Positions 10,361 through 21,516 of a stretch of DNA of 44,866 nt are shown in pieces (the first letter of the stretch is position 1; each line of letters starts with the position of its first letter). The notes under the pieces were generated by a model. It had not been told where the DNA came from, made no database searches, and was given only the letters and a program-made list of their open reading frames with translations. The position numbers and the translations under genes were made by a program. The stretch spans positions 1 through 44,866 of the forward strand of contig KE560987.1 in NCBI GenBank assembly GCA_000442015.1. The letters run 5' to 3'. This stretch comes from Rozella allomycis CSF55 (Eukaryota).

Positions 10361-11439
10361 ATGATACCTCGATTATATTTATTGTTTGCATTTTTCCCAT
10401 ATTTTTCAGCAAAAATAATATCATTATTGTCTAATGAAACATATCAGGATCGTATGGCGTCCTTTGGAGAGTTTTCAAGTTCATTATCTGGGTTTCTAAT
10501 TCCAGTGAGTTATCTAGGGTCTTCAGAAAAGGGCTGTTCCCAAATTGAATATCCATTTTATGGTCTTGTAACAATTTTGTTATAAAATAATAGAAACCGG
10601 TAAAGACAGAATCTTTTTCAGCATTTCCATGGATCGCACTTGTGGAGAGAGGAAAATGCTCGTTTGTAGATAAAGCTAGAGCTATGCAAGCATCTGGAGC
10701 GTCAGGAATGATTGTGGGGGATAATGAGGATAGTGGTTTAGGATTAATTACGATGTATTCAGGTAGCGATGCTAAAGATGTTACCATTTATCCTACTTTT
10801 GTATCCAGGCATTCATATAATACTTTGTTAGAGCAATCGCTTAAAAACTTTCACGAGTTTGAAATAATTGACGAGTCTGATGCCGTAAAGAATCCAAGTG
10901 ATTGGGCTGAAAATGCAATTTCATGGAACAGGCACTTACTTCCTTCCTTGCCAATCGTAATAATTTCGGAAGAATACAACATTCAATGGCCATTGGTCGA
11001 TATCATTGTGATTGGCGCTTGTCTTCCAATTCTAGTGGGGGTCTTCATTTATGCCCTATGGAAAATAAGGAGAAGAAGGCAAAGATTACAGTCAGAAAAC
11101 AGACCCAAGATATCCCAAGAGAAGGTTAAATCATTGCCAATCGTTCCTTATTCTGGTCCGTTGGAAGAAGCATGCCCTATTTGTCTGGATGACTTTAAGA
11201 AAGACATGGATTTGAAGCAGCTTCCCTGCAGACATTTATTCCACGTAGAATGTATTGATTCGTGGCTTCTTAATCACAAAAATTTCTGTCCAATGTGTAA
11301 ACTTCCAGTTTTCAATGATGAAGCTAAAGGAGATCCTGCAGCAGATGAGGAAGCTGGGCTCTTGCAAAATGAAATAGTCCAATACAACACTTTCGATGAT
11401 AATCAAGCTAATGGCAATAATCAAGAAAGGCATGAATAA
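10361..11439 (+). CDS. PA-TM-RING-H2 E3 ubiquitin ligase (RNF13/GRAIL type)
   Basis: Signal peptide; PA domain (WIALVERGKCSFVDKARAMQASGA..IVGDN); TM helix; RING-H2 CPICLDDF..LPCRHLFHVECIDSWL..CPMC. One intron at about 10568-10593. Confidence 0.9.
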
Positions 11440-11479
11440 ATATTTCGTTTAATTTCATTTTATTTCAATTCATTTTATT

Positions 11480-12318
11480 TTAATCTAGCGGAACAGGCTG
11501 TTTCAAAAGAAAGTGCTTTCTACAAACAGACACCTATCTATCATTCCCGCCAATCTCAATTTGTGCCCCATCTTCCACCATTTGAACTTTAAGTCTCCTT
11601 GAATTCTTTTGCTTTATATATTCTTTTGACTTTTCCTCCATTTTAACAACTTCATCATCGTCGCAAATTTCTTCTATCCATTTTACTCTCATATTCATTA
11701 TAGCTTTCTTCCCACAGTGACAAATGGTCTTGATCTCGGTTAATTCATCTGCTAGAGCCAAAAGATACTGACTTCCTTCAAATGTATTGCCACGAAAATC
11801 AGAACGTAGTCCATAAGCCAATACTGGAATATTAAATTTTTCAATAATATGACATAATTGATATACTTGTTCTTTGGTCAAAAATTGAGCTTCATCTATT
11901 AAAATGCAATGATAATGTGATTGTAAGCCATCAATAGAATGTACCCATTTTGAAAGATATGTTTCTTCATTAGAAAAACCATTGCATTTTGCATTCAATT
12001 TCATTATCCTCTCCTCATCGTAAATATATGTTAAACATTCTAAAAAGTTAAACTCTGTGTCAAACATTATGGCATCTTCTTGAAGTCCAATCCTACTAGA
12101 GGTCTTTCCGAGCAGAAAGCGGTCTAGAAATAGCATTGAAGGGTCACATTCCACGTTTTCCCGGCATTTGGCGATTGATGGTATAAATAAAAGTGTTCGC
12201 ATCCCTCTCTCCTTGTAATTAAAACTGGACTGGAGGAGGGTGGTCGATTTACCAGCATTCATGGCACCTTTACCTTTTAATTTACCTAATTACTATAATA
12301 AAAGTATAATTTTGGCAT
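11480..12318 (-). CDS. tdk: Bacterial (tdk-like) thymidine kinase with a spliceosomal intron and an in-frame TAG at 11534-11536
   Basis: [87 protein letters not shown]..TAA. 26-nt intron after codon 8. Confidence 0.9.
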
Positions 12319-12631
12319 TGATGCAAATAATAACAAAGACTTATAGCCGATTGAAAAGTGAAAAATTGAAAATCCATTTTAAGAAAATCGAGTTACCGTG
12401 CTTAGTGCTATGAATTAATTTATGTCTCAGTCTCATCTGAGTCATCTCTGAAATTAAACGAAAGATGATCGTTTAGAGCCTTCTCCAAAATTTTGTGTAA
12501 TTATTGGTCACCTTTTTCTACTCATTATATTCCCTAAATATTAACAAATACAGATAAAACTAAAATTTCAAAACTGGTAATGATCTTTATCTAGCCCTGT
12601 ATTTTCCTTCTTGCTGTGGCGCTGCCGTTCC

Positions 12632-12853
12632 ATGATAGAAGTAGTTTGCAACGACAGACTTGGAAAAAAGATCAGAGTCAAATGTAATTCAGACGATACA
12701 ATAGGAGATTTAAAGAAGCTTATAGCAGCGCAAACCGGTACTCGACCAGAAAAAATAGTTTTGAAAAAATGGTACAATACTTTTAAAGACCACATCACGC
12801 TTGAAGATTACGAAATACAGGACGGGATGAATTTAGAGCTATACTATCAATAA
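12632..12853 (+). CDS. HUB1: Ubiquitin-like protein HUB1/UBL5
   Basis: [58 protein letters not shown]. Confidence 0.97.
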   Translation: MIEVVCNDRLGKKIRVKCNSDDTIGDLKKLIAAQTGTRPEKIVLKKWYNTFKDHITLEDYEIQDGMNLELYYQ

Positions 12854-12870
12854 AAGAATGGAATATTTAT

Positions 12871-14162
12871 TTAAGCCATAATAGAACTCAGTGCCGCTTT
12901 AGTCTCCGTTAAAAATGAACGATCTTCTGGGATTGGCTTGTATTTGACTTGTGGACTAAAAGACATTGTTCTACTGGTTTGATGAATATCAACAAAGTCT
13001 GTTCTCTGAGTGGTTATTCCTTCAAATTTGAACCCGTTCTTCATGTAAGGAATAATTCTTTTCTGTGGAGGCTTTGGTGTAGGCCATGCTGTGTACATTG
13101 ATGATTGCTCGGAACGCCCTTCAAAATGCGTCTTATGAGTTAAAGAATCGATCTGGCTTGGCTTTATTGGCTGCACCTTATTGATAGCCCATTGCTGAAA
13201 GTCAGTTTTTTGTGTGCTAATTCCTTCAAAGTGTGCTTGGTTAGGATTATACTTTGCAGTTCTTTTTTGTGGGGGTTTAGGGGTTGGCCAAGCCTGGTAC
13301 TTTGTATGTTGCTCTGATTGCCCTTCAAATTTGTTCTTCTCAGTCAGCGAGTCAGTTTGACTAGGCTTTATAGGCTGTATTCTTTCTGATTGTACAAATT
13401 TGAAGTCAGAATGTTGCACGCTTTCACCTGAAAATTTTCCTGGAGATGGAATCCATTTGGCGGGAGGTCTAGGCTATGTTTATATAATTACTCTGTCTTA
13501 CTATTCTTCTCTTCACATTGTGAGAAATAAAGTCTGCGCGCATGATACTTGTAAACTCTCTATCTTCTGTCGGGGAAACAAAAACAGCTTTTGGCGTGAG
13601 AGGGCGCATATGAACAGGCCACGAGCGATACTGAGCAGAGCTCTCACTAACACCATCCATTTTGGCAGGATTTGGAGCGTAAGGTGCTCGCTCTCTTATT
13701 TTTCTGCGTTCCACAATCCAGCTTGGGAAATCGGCTTTGTTAGTAGTCATAGAATCGATTGGATTTGGGTTAGGAATGTATACTGCTTTTTCGTGCACAT
13801 AACGCTTAGGAATCTGTACTTGCTTATAATCATTATCATAAACAGAATGCCCTTCAAATGGCGCATCCTCTCTACGACTCCATTCATTGCGGACGGGCTA
13901 TTTAATGTTTAGGGATATCGTTTACTTTAGGTTTTTGTCTTGGTAGAACATGATGTTGAGTATACTTAGATTGGTTTTCAGTATCTCCTGCGAAATGACC
14001 GGTGTTCAGCGGGACATGGACGGGTTTGAAATTGTATCTTGCTGGAATCGGATGCTCAACATAACGCTCCCTGTACTCATCGACTTTTTGGAAAGGCACA
14101 TTAGAAGTTGCCCACTCCTCTGAGCTTTTTGGAATTATAGGCTTTGCTCTCTCTGGACGCAT
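12871..14162 (-). CDS. SAXO/FAM154 (STOP/Mn-repeat) microtubule-stabilising protein
   Basis: Three ORFs joined by two 28-nt introns. Repeated units of about 33-35 aa: FEGxS..xDF/Y..W..P.P. Confidence 0.7.
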
Positions 14163-14417
14163 CTGGCAATTGTTGGTAAGGCCGGCGATTTAATTCTACG
14201 AACAGATACTTCTATTTTAAAATTACTCAAGGAAATTTAATTATTAAATACAAAATTTAATTTCTTTTCGTTATTTATTTAGAACGGAACTCATAGATTC
14301 ATGATGATATTTTTATCGGAATTCTTTGTCCGTAACGTTATAACTTTTAACCAAATTCCTAAATAGCATGAATATATTACATTCTTTTTAACTTTTTCAT
14401 TTGTTTATCTTCTCTAC

Positions 14418-16271
14418 ATGGGCGCCAAAACTCTAAACTTGACAGTAAACGGTTAATTTAAAGGAAAAAGAAATTAGACAAGTTTTCAAAAAGAAATTCT
14501 GATATTAATGCTGCCCCAATCATTAAAGAGCTTCAAAGTATTCTTGATTGCAGGGAAGACATTATTGAAGAGAATAATAGACTCATGAAAGTGATTGAGG
14601 AATGTCACCATAAAATCGATCAAAGAGATAAACAGGTATTTCTTAATTATTCCAANGATAGACTCATGAAAGTGATTGAGGAATGCCACCATAAAATCGA
14701 TCAAAGGGATAAACAGGTATTTCTTAATTATTCCAAGTATTTAATAGATAAATGAATTAATCGGAGTCCACAAGCGTCTGCAGGAACAACATGAATTGAA
14801 ATCTAAAAAACTACAAGAGGAGAAGTCAATACTCCAGGAGAATTTGGAGTATATTAATAATACAATTAAAACTTTTGCATCCAATCTACCAAAGAATATA
14901 CGAGAGACTAATACTCAGCATTTCGTTAATGATCTCGGCCAATGTGGATGTTTGAGTTATAATGAGAAAGGTAGCTATGAAACCTTTTTTAGTGATTTAT
15001 TGAAATTCATTGGCGCAATGGATATGAAAATCAGGTAAAAAAACAAGCACTTTGTTTTGGGCAAAGAGATTCACATTGGCAAGGGAAAATCGAAACTACG
15101 CTAAATAACATTAAAAATGACAATTACTTGCTAAATACAGCCGTATGTGTCCTCTCGACATATTTTTAGGTTGTTGAATTGGGCCAAAAGCTTGAATTAA
15201 TGCAAAGGCAAAGGGATGAAGCAGTGATGTGTTTTAACAACTTAAATGAAAAATACACTTCTACTATTGATGAAATAGATAAAATCTGTAAAGATAATAA
15301 GGTTCTTGAAGAGACCAAATCTAAGTTGTTGGTGGATATCCAAACACTAGAGAAAAAACTCGCTATACTTGAAAATGAACAAACTGAAAGTGTCCGTCAA
15401 ATTGAAACTTTTAGTTTAAAAGAATCAAATCTTATTGATAAAGTGAAAATACTGGAACAGAGCAACACGACATTGGAATCTCGCTTAAATGATGAAATAC
15501 ATGAAAAAAATGAAAAGGAGCATAAATTACGATTGTTAGAGAATAAAATGGTAGAATTAAGTAGAAGTATAGACTGCGAAGTAAAATGGAATTCATTTCA
15601 ATTTAGCAACATCTCGCTTTTAACGAATCGAAGAGAATCCAGGCGCAATTAGAATGCAAGGAACGTATTATTTCATCCGAAAGAACTAAAATCACGCAAT
15701 TAGTTAAAGTAAAGTATATATCATATTCCAATAATCTGAATCAAGAGGAATATCGAGAAAAAGTATCAGCCTTAAAGGTCTCCTTGAAGAAGTTTATAAT
15801 GCTTTTGAAAAAATCAAACAAGAAAATACGGCTGGAGACTCAACAAAGGGTAAAATGAAAGTTCCCATTATTTTAGCTTGAAAGTCTGGACGGTGAGAAC
15901 CGGAAATTAAGAAATGCGTTAAACCATCTAATCAACAAAGAAAACGAAATCACCAATGAAGTAATTGCGAGAAAGTCATTGATAGAAGACGAGGGGTTTG
16001 AAAAGTTGTTTAAGAATGTCGAAAAGGTAATTGAATCGATACAATAAACTAGTTATAGTTTGCAAACGCCCTTGAAGTAATTGAAAATAATCTTGATTGC
16101 TCTGGAGATTCTTCATTTTCTGATTTTTTACTAGAAGAAAGCAAGGAATACATAATTAAGGACAACAAAAAATGCCATTCACCTTGTCCACTAGGACAAT
16201 TTCAATCGTTAGATGAACTTTATAAACTAAGAGACAACATTATAGAAATCAAAAAAGTAGTTTTCGAATAA
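14418..16271 (+). CDS. Long coiled-coil protein, unknown function (multi-exon; interrupted by an N junction at 14656)
   Basis: ATG GGC GCC at 14418. Heptad-rich E/K/L exons (ORFs 14796 and 15179) are linked by short GT-AG introns. TAA at 16269-16271. Confidence 0.55.
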
Positions 16272-16308
16272 AATCGACATTTTCAGACTGACAAATATTT
16301 CTTATTTT

Positions 16309-17884
16309 CTAAATAGACAATGTATTTATTGTAGGAAAAGATACCGTGATGCCCTTCAGTTTATCAGCGAGTGGAGTGGAGATTTCAGCTATAAAGTCAT
16401 GCGGAGATTTAGACATGTTAACTTTGGCTTCAAAAAGTGTTCGTAATCCCAAATATGCGAATGGAACAAGATCATCACGAAATGGTGTTAGCATTTCCGT
16501 TCTTTTTTGTAATAATAAATCAGTCAACAATTCAGCCAGAAAATTTTGTATTAATTTTCTGACGTCATTGTAAAGGGACACAAGCAAAAATTGTCTGCTC
16601 TCATTGTAAATGGAAGAAATAGTGTTTGCAGCTACAGCTAAAGCGGGATAATTCATTAGAGGTATNCAGGGATACAAGCAAAAATTGTCTGCTCTCATTG
16701 TATATGGACGAAATAGTGTTCGCAGCTACAGCTAAAGCGGGATAATTCATTAGAGGTATTGGCGGGCTCAAGTTGGATGAATTCTCTTCGTTTGATTTTA
16801 TAGTTGGGATATTTTCTTGATTTTGATTTGAATTTAAAACATTGCGAAACAAATCTAAACCTGCATTCACTGGATTGTTAAGCTTTGCCAAAAATGCATC
16901 CTGGAAAATTGGAACTAAAAGAGGCCAAAAATCAAACGAAATACGGGCTAGAGAAAAGCTAAAATACATACATTGAGTGAATATTCCGTAAAAAGCGGAT
17001 GTAGATTCAAGAAGCTGTAATTTGGATGGGAGAAATTCAAGAAATTTTGAAATGAATGGATGAAATTTGACCGCCAAAATTGTTCCCGTTGCCATTTCTT
17101 TTGACTCTAAAGAATCTTCAACATTAGAAAAAATCGATTGATATTGCATTCCTATTTCGAGTAGATAATCTCTGTAATGCTGAATATACTGTTTTAACAA
17201 GGTCTCAGTATCAAGTTGATGTCCCACACTGTCATGTTTCAAAACTTTATTCAATGCTATCAATCTGTTATCTAGAAACCAAGAATGAAGATTAAACTCA
17301 GCACGTAGTTTTCGCAATACCCCTATTATCTTCATGCAATTAATGAGAGAAATGTTCTGTTGCAAATCTGACTCCAATTTCTTTACTAATTGCTTTTGTT
17401 TTGAATTAACTTCTGGCTCAATTATATCTGATAAAAAATTGAGTTTCGGTTTATTGTCGAATACTCTTCTAACGTGACAGACAAGTTCAACATAGTCATC
17501 CAGTCTATCATTCTTTAAACACTCATCAAGGACAGGTGAAACATTTAATAAATCCTTGATTAATTCCAAATTATCTAATTCGCATCTCCATTCGGTGAAT
17601 TCCTTTTCCAATACATTACAGTTGTTGAATATTTGATCTGCTTTGTTTTGGAATAACGAGAGAGACTCAGTTTGAGTCGATGTTTTTGTTTGTAATTCAG
17701 ATAGTGAGTTTTGTATACATTTTAAGGAATTTAGACAATGGATTATTGATGAGGAGTTGTTGTGAGACATTTCGTCCAACTCTTGATCAATTTCTTTTAT
17801 CTTGTCTGATAATTTTTGCGTTTCATTTGTAAAGGAAATTGAGGATTTTGATGATTGAGTTGATAGGAGGCCTGGGGACTGCAT
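16309..17884 (-). CDS. COG8: COG complex subunit 8 (Dor1); apparent frameshift is an assembly overlap at N16666
   Basis: LELIKDLLNVSPVLDECL..YVELVCHVRR; ISLINCMKIIGVLRK; QCMYFSFSLARISFDF; PPIPLMNYPALAVAAN..NESRQF. Confidence 0.85.
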
Positions 17885-18083
17885 TGACCAAAAATTCGAA
17901 ATTTAGGAAATTGATTCAAGTTTTTTAGGCATGAAACGAGAAGAAAATCAAAATACTGGATTAAATGATAATCTCAAGATTTAGATTCAGCTGGCAAAGA
18001 ATACGAAATAGTTAAGACCAAAACCCAGTGTTGCCGTTAAATTAAGAATATTAAAATAAGCCTAAAGGTTTTAAGGATATTTA

Positions 18084-20643
18084 TTAAACGATAAATTTAT
18101 TTCGACGGCACAATTCATCCAAAACACTATCAATTTTTTGATACCACGTAAGCAATTCTTCAGGAGTGTCTGCATAAAATTCTACAATAGAATCATTCAT
18201 CAAATGAAATTTAAAGCTATTAGAAATTGGAATCTCAGTGTAATCAGGACCGGAGACAATTAATTCAATTCGTTTGACATTCTTTAGGTCAATTTCTAAC
18301 CTTGGTGTATGATCCTTGATCAACAATAGATATCACGCGTACCATTTCATGATAACCCAATAGAAACTGCCCCCAAAGTCGGAAATATCTTCGGCGAAAA
18401 AACTTCAGGTGAATTTTAATGATGTTTTTTACTTTTACGTCTAAACCTCTTTGTGAAAGATAACCATCACAAAATAGAGTATTGTAGAAATATAAGTCGT
18501 CCACAAATTCCATTGCATCAGAAACATGTTGTGGAACGTTGCATTTCTATTAAGTCATGAATGGACTCTTACGTATCTAGTCAAATCTTTATTGCTTAAA
18601 TAAAATAGTTGAACAGAAACATTCCCAGAGAGTTTTTTATTAAACGGGACTTTAATTTCAAAGATAGTTTTATGTGCCTTTTTTAGAATGACTGAATCAA
18701 TTGAAATTCCATCAATTGAGGCTAACGTTTCATCTTTTCCATGAAAGCTCATTTCTTCATCCTTCTTTAATAATCTTCTAAAAGAAAATGATTGATCAAC
18801 AGATTTTGATTTACTGCAAATTTCAATTGAAATGGAATGAATCTGATTGCTTATTTTGCTTTTTAATTATTCAAATATTTATTACAAATAACTTTCTTCA
18901 GATAGATCAACATATTCTTTAAAGGCAATGACCGGGGATCCAATATGTTCTTGTTGATCTAAACTGAATTTAACAATTAATGGTAGCGCTTCAACTCTAA
19001 AAGCTTGAATATTCAATTGCGATAATTTATTTACTCTTTCAAATCCCTATTATTTCTTACTTTTAACAAATAATCTCCCTTGATTATCAAAAGTATCCAT
19101 TTCTCCTTTTTGTTCAAAGAATGCTGTATGACCCTTCATTTCAGCTCGTTTCTTTAATAATCTTTCATGACATTCTTTTTGCTTTTGTAAAATCAATTCT
19201 CGATCTTTTTGTTCACCTATTATAGGCGCATAGGGGATTGAATCTGTTGACTCCTTTGTTAACATGCTTGAACTCTTTTCCAGAGATGCTTTTGATGGTG
19301 AAAATTGAATTTCATGTATTTCTTCTTTATGAATTTCTTCCTTTGAATCAATTTTATCATTTGACGCCTTCGTTTCCTCTTTCACTCTGCTTTCTGGTTT
19401 TCCCTCTTCTTTCGTTATTCCGCTAACACTTTCCAAATTTCTCACCAAAGACTCAACAGAGCCTCTCCTTTTTTCATTGAAGTTGATTTGTTGTTTATTT
19501 TTATCATCTCTCAAATTATCAGATTCCGATTGACTGTTCCCTGTTTCAAATACAGATTTTAAAGCTTTGACGCTGGATTGTCGTGTAAGTCCAGTATTTA
19601 CTAAATCAATGTTTTTCTTTTTAATATTTAATGGCTCTACTGGTATAATAATTTGTCTTGGTTCCTCCACAACCCTTTCTTCGCATAGTTGACTTTCGCT
19701 GGTTTGTTTCTTATTATCTAGTTCTTGGACACTTTGTCTCCTAGAAAGGGAATCTTGCTGTCTGAGGCCATTAAGAATATCTTTGACGCTCACAGATTGT
19801 CTTTCTGGTTTTCTCAACGAAACAGATTTGAAATCATTCCATTTGGGTAGATCATCCTCATTATTAGTCTTCAAATTAATATCAGGCATCGATCTTTCAA
19901 GTCTCACTGATTCTCCATCTTCACTATATTCCACGGATATAGCGGTTGACATTCGTCCTGAGCTCAGCGAGGCTAATGTATTTTGTTTTCTCACTTTCTT
20001 GTCACTAAGAGAATGTCTTATTGTATTTATTTTGGAAGAGTTTTGAGTCACATATCTTTTTAGTATCTTGATCGTGTCTTCATCATCCGGAGCGACAACG
20101 TCCAGAGCATTGAATCCAAGCATATTAACAATGTTAGCATCGGCATTGTTATCTAACAATACCTTCACAAGATCTTTTTCTCCAAGAAAGGCCGCTAAAT
20201 GGAGCGATGTATTCGAATAACTTCCCCATTTTTGGTTTACACCGTCCTCAGGAGTGACCTTAGTACATAACAAATTGTGATTCTACCTTGGCCAGAAATA
20301 TAATGGTTTCTTTTCTCTTATTAATGACATCCTCGTCTTCTTCATAATCCATCTGCAAAAGTGACCATTGAAGGGCATTGAGACCAGAAGTATCGAATCC
20401 CAAAAATTTTGATGCCTCTTTGGACAAACTAGGGTGATACGTCTTTTCAACTTTCAGCTGAATATTCGATAAATGCCTGGGTTTAGCAATGGCAAAAGTA
20501 AATGATTTGGTAGCGTTGGGAGTTTGGCACGTTAGCCCTTCATTTGTTTGAACAAAAGGAGATTCAAGAATTAATTTCTTCAGAGATTCAATTTTGTTTT
20601 CTACAACGGCTGACGTCCATTCTGATATGATATTGTCATTCAT
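18084..20643 (-). CDS. Ankyrin-repeat plus Bud4/anillin-like (anillin homology + PH) protein
   Basis: N-terminal ANK (NTSLHLAAFLGEKDLVKVLLDNNADAN); disordered linker; GRLFVK; PH domain DGYLSQRGLDVK|FFRRRYFRLWGQFLLGYHE..FKFHLMNDSIVEFYADT. Multiple short introns. Confidence 0.7.
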
Positions 20644-20790
20644 TAATGATTTGTTTATGTTCAAATTTCAAAAATTAAAGGGAAAAAAAGTTACAAAGTA
20701 ATGTGGTTACTTTTCATGAGCTTTGAAATAATACTTTTTAATCACAAATTTTTTATTTGAAGTTGATTGATTGGGTAATTTCAGAAACCG

Positions 20791-21462
20791 ATGCCTCACG
20801 CGAAAATAGCCCCTTCGTTACTGTCCGGAGACTTTGGAAAATTAGCAGATGAATGTAAAATGTTACTTGAATTCGGTGCTAACTATTTGCATATGGATGT
20901 GATGGATGGTCACTTTGTACCAAACTTGACAATCGGTGCTCCAGTGATCTCTAGTCTCCGAAAACACATTGACGGTTATATAGATTGTCATTTGATGGTG
21001 ACTCATCCTTTACAATGGGTTGATGATTTTGGAAAAGCAGGAGCAAACAATTTTACCTTTCATGTAGAGTCGGAGGACGATCCAAGTCAAGTCATAACAA
21101 AAATTAGAAATAATTATAAAAATATGAATGTTAGCATGGCTATAAAACCTGATACACCCGTGGAAAAGATTCTCCCATATGTTGATCAGCTGGATATGGT
21201 TTTAGTGATGACTGTGGAACCCGGTTTTGGAGGCCAAGCATTTTTGACTAGTTGCTTATCTAAAGTTGCATATTTAAGGGAAAGGTATCCTGATTTAGAC
21301 ATTCAAGTTGATGGGGGACTCTCCATGGACACGATTGACGCAGCGGTCAAAGCAGGTGCTAATGTAGTAGTCGCTGGAAGTGCCATTTTTAAGGCTAATT
21401 CTCTATCTCAAATGATAAAGGCATTGAAAAGTAGAATCATTCAAGGTGGGTTTCCAGAGTAA
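20791..21462 (+). CDS. RPE1: Ribulose-5-phosphate 3-epimerase
   Basis: IAPSLL; HMDVMDGHFVPNLTIG; DCHLMV; MTVEPGFGGQ; IQVDGG; VAGSAIF. Confidence 0.97.
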   Translation: MPHAKIAPSLLSGDFGKLADECKMLLEFGANYLHMDVMDGHFVPNLTIGAPVISSLRKHIDGYIDCHLMVTHPLQWVDDFGKAGANNFTFHVESEDDPSQVITKIRNNYKNMNVSMAIKPDTPVEKILPYVDQLDMVLVMTVEPGFGGQAFLTSCLSKVAYLRERYPDLDIQVDGGLSMDTIDAAVKAGANVVVAGSAIFKANSLSQMIKALKSRIIQGGFPE

Positions 21463-21516
21463 CTAAAATAAATCTTCTTTATTGTCTTTTGATTTCAAAC
21501 CAAATTTGCTAAACAA

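Noticed and set aside
11534-11536. Genome-wide stop-codon reassignment (as in aphelids, TAR=Gln)
   Set aside because: TAA ends most genes, TAG appears to end COG8 and LIC, and no other in-frame TAG was seen in conserved host exons.
14298-14372. Box C-like ATGATGA with TTCATG/CATGAA terminal stem
   Set aside because: No CTGA box D and no evident rRNA guide.
16601-16698. Frameshift or pseudogene in COG8
   Set aside because: Explained by an overlapping duplicated contig end at N16666.
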